Shown here piece after piece: positions 63,727-64,000 of a stretch of DNA of 64,000 nt (its first letter is position 1; each line of letters begins with the position of its first letter). The notes beneath the pieces were generated by a model, which searched no databases, had not been told where the DNA came from, and saw only the letters and a list, made by a program, of their open reading frames with translations. Source of the DNA: a virus (lineage: Duplodnaviria; Caudoviricetes); IMG/VR virus record IMGVR_UViG_3300035661_000004; one strand, 5' to 3'. Position numbers and translations under genes: made by a program.

Positions 63727-64000
63727 TGAGCTCCCTCGCGAGGCGCCAAGAAGCCGTCACCGATACCCAAAGCGGTGAAGGTTGCGCCCGCAAAATGCTG
63801 TCACATGAGGTCCGTCGCTTCGTCAACTGACTTGGTGCAGGCCCACCCAACGAGCAGAAGCAAGAGCGCAATATTGCCGATCATAGGATTCCGATAGCTC
63901 GATAGCCACGCCGCAGAGCGTGCATGAATTCGATGAACTTCAAGAACTCGACGTCCTGCTGCATGTCAGCAATATGGGTGTCAAAGATGCCGTCAGCTAC

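Noticed and set aside
1-64000. Stop-codon reassignment
   Set aside because: Large conserved genes are intact under the standard code, all three stops terminate genes, and no suppressor tRNA was found.
1-64000. CRISPR array, IS element, integrase or rRNA
   Set aside because: No regularly spaced direct repeats, transposase/integrase motifs or rRNA-like sequence were seen.

Overview
A 64-kb segment of a large, GC-rich lytic dsDNA phage genome, most likely a T4-related jumbo myovirus. Evidence: rIIA/rIIB, T4-type DNA ligase, a minimal Pol III alpha-like gene, TAAATA late-promoter motifs and a repeated TTTACA-N17-TACAAT early/middle promoter. The host is probably a betaproteobacterium (inferred from an MHFG-type PEP-CTERM gene). 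Most genes lie on the minus strand; a few late genes and AT-rich homing endonucleases lie on the plus strand. Contents include a tRNA cluster (2.1-5.8 kb) made only of Ser/Leu/Tyr tRNAs plus two aberrant tRNA-like genes, a dispersed yeaG(prkA)-yeaH-ycgB(spoVR) module, NADAR and NUDIX genes, a DinG-like helicase, DHFR, two AAA+ ATPases, RNA-repair-type enzymes, CreA, a glycosyltransferase and a PurA-like/vWA block. The standout is directly upstream of the tRNA cluster: a classical ribosome-dependent transcription attenuator. It consists of a promoter, a 24-codon leader ORF (MKNTSLSYLSSSSLYSDGGFCMIG) with 12 consecutive Ser/Leu/Tyr codons, a perfect 12-bp antiterminator and a competing intrinsic terminator. 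This suggests the phage senses shortage of exactly the tRNA species it encodes and then switches on their transcription. About ten single-base frameshifts in otherwise plausible genes suggest consensus indel errors. All family assignments are by motif recognition only; no database searches were run.
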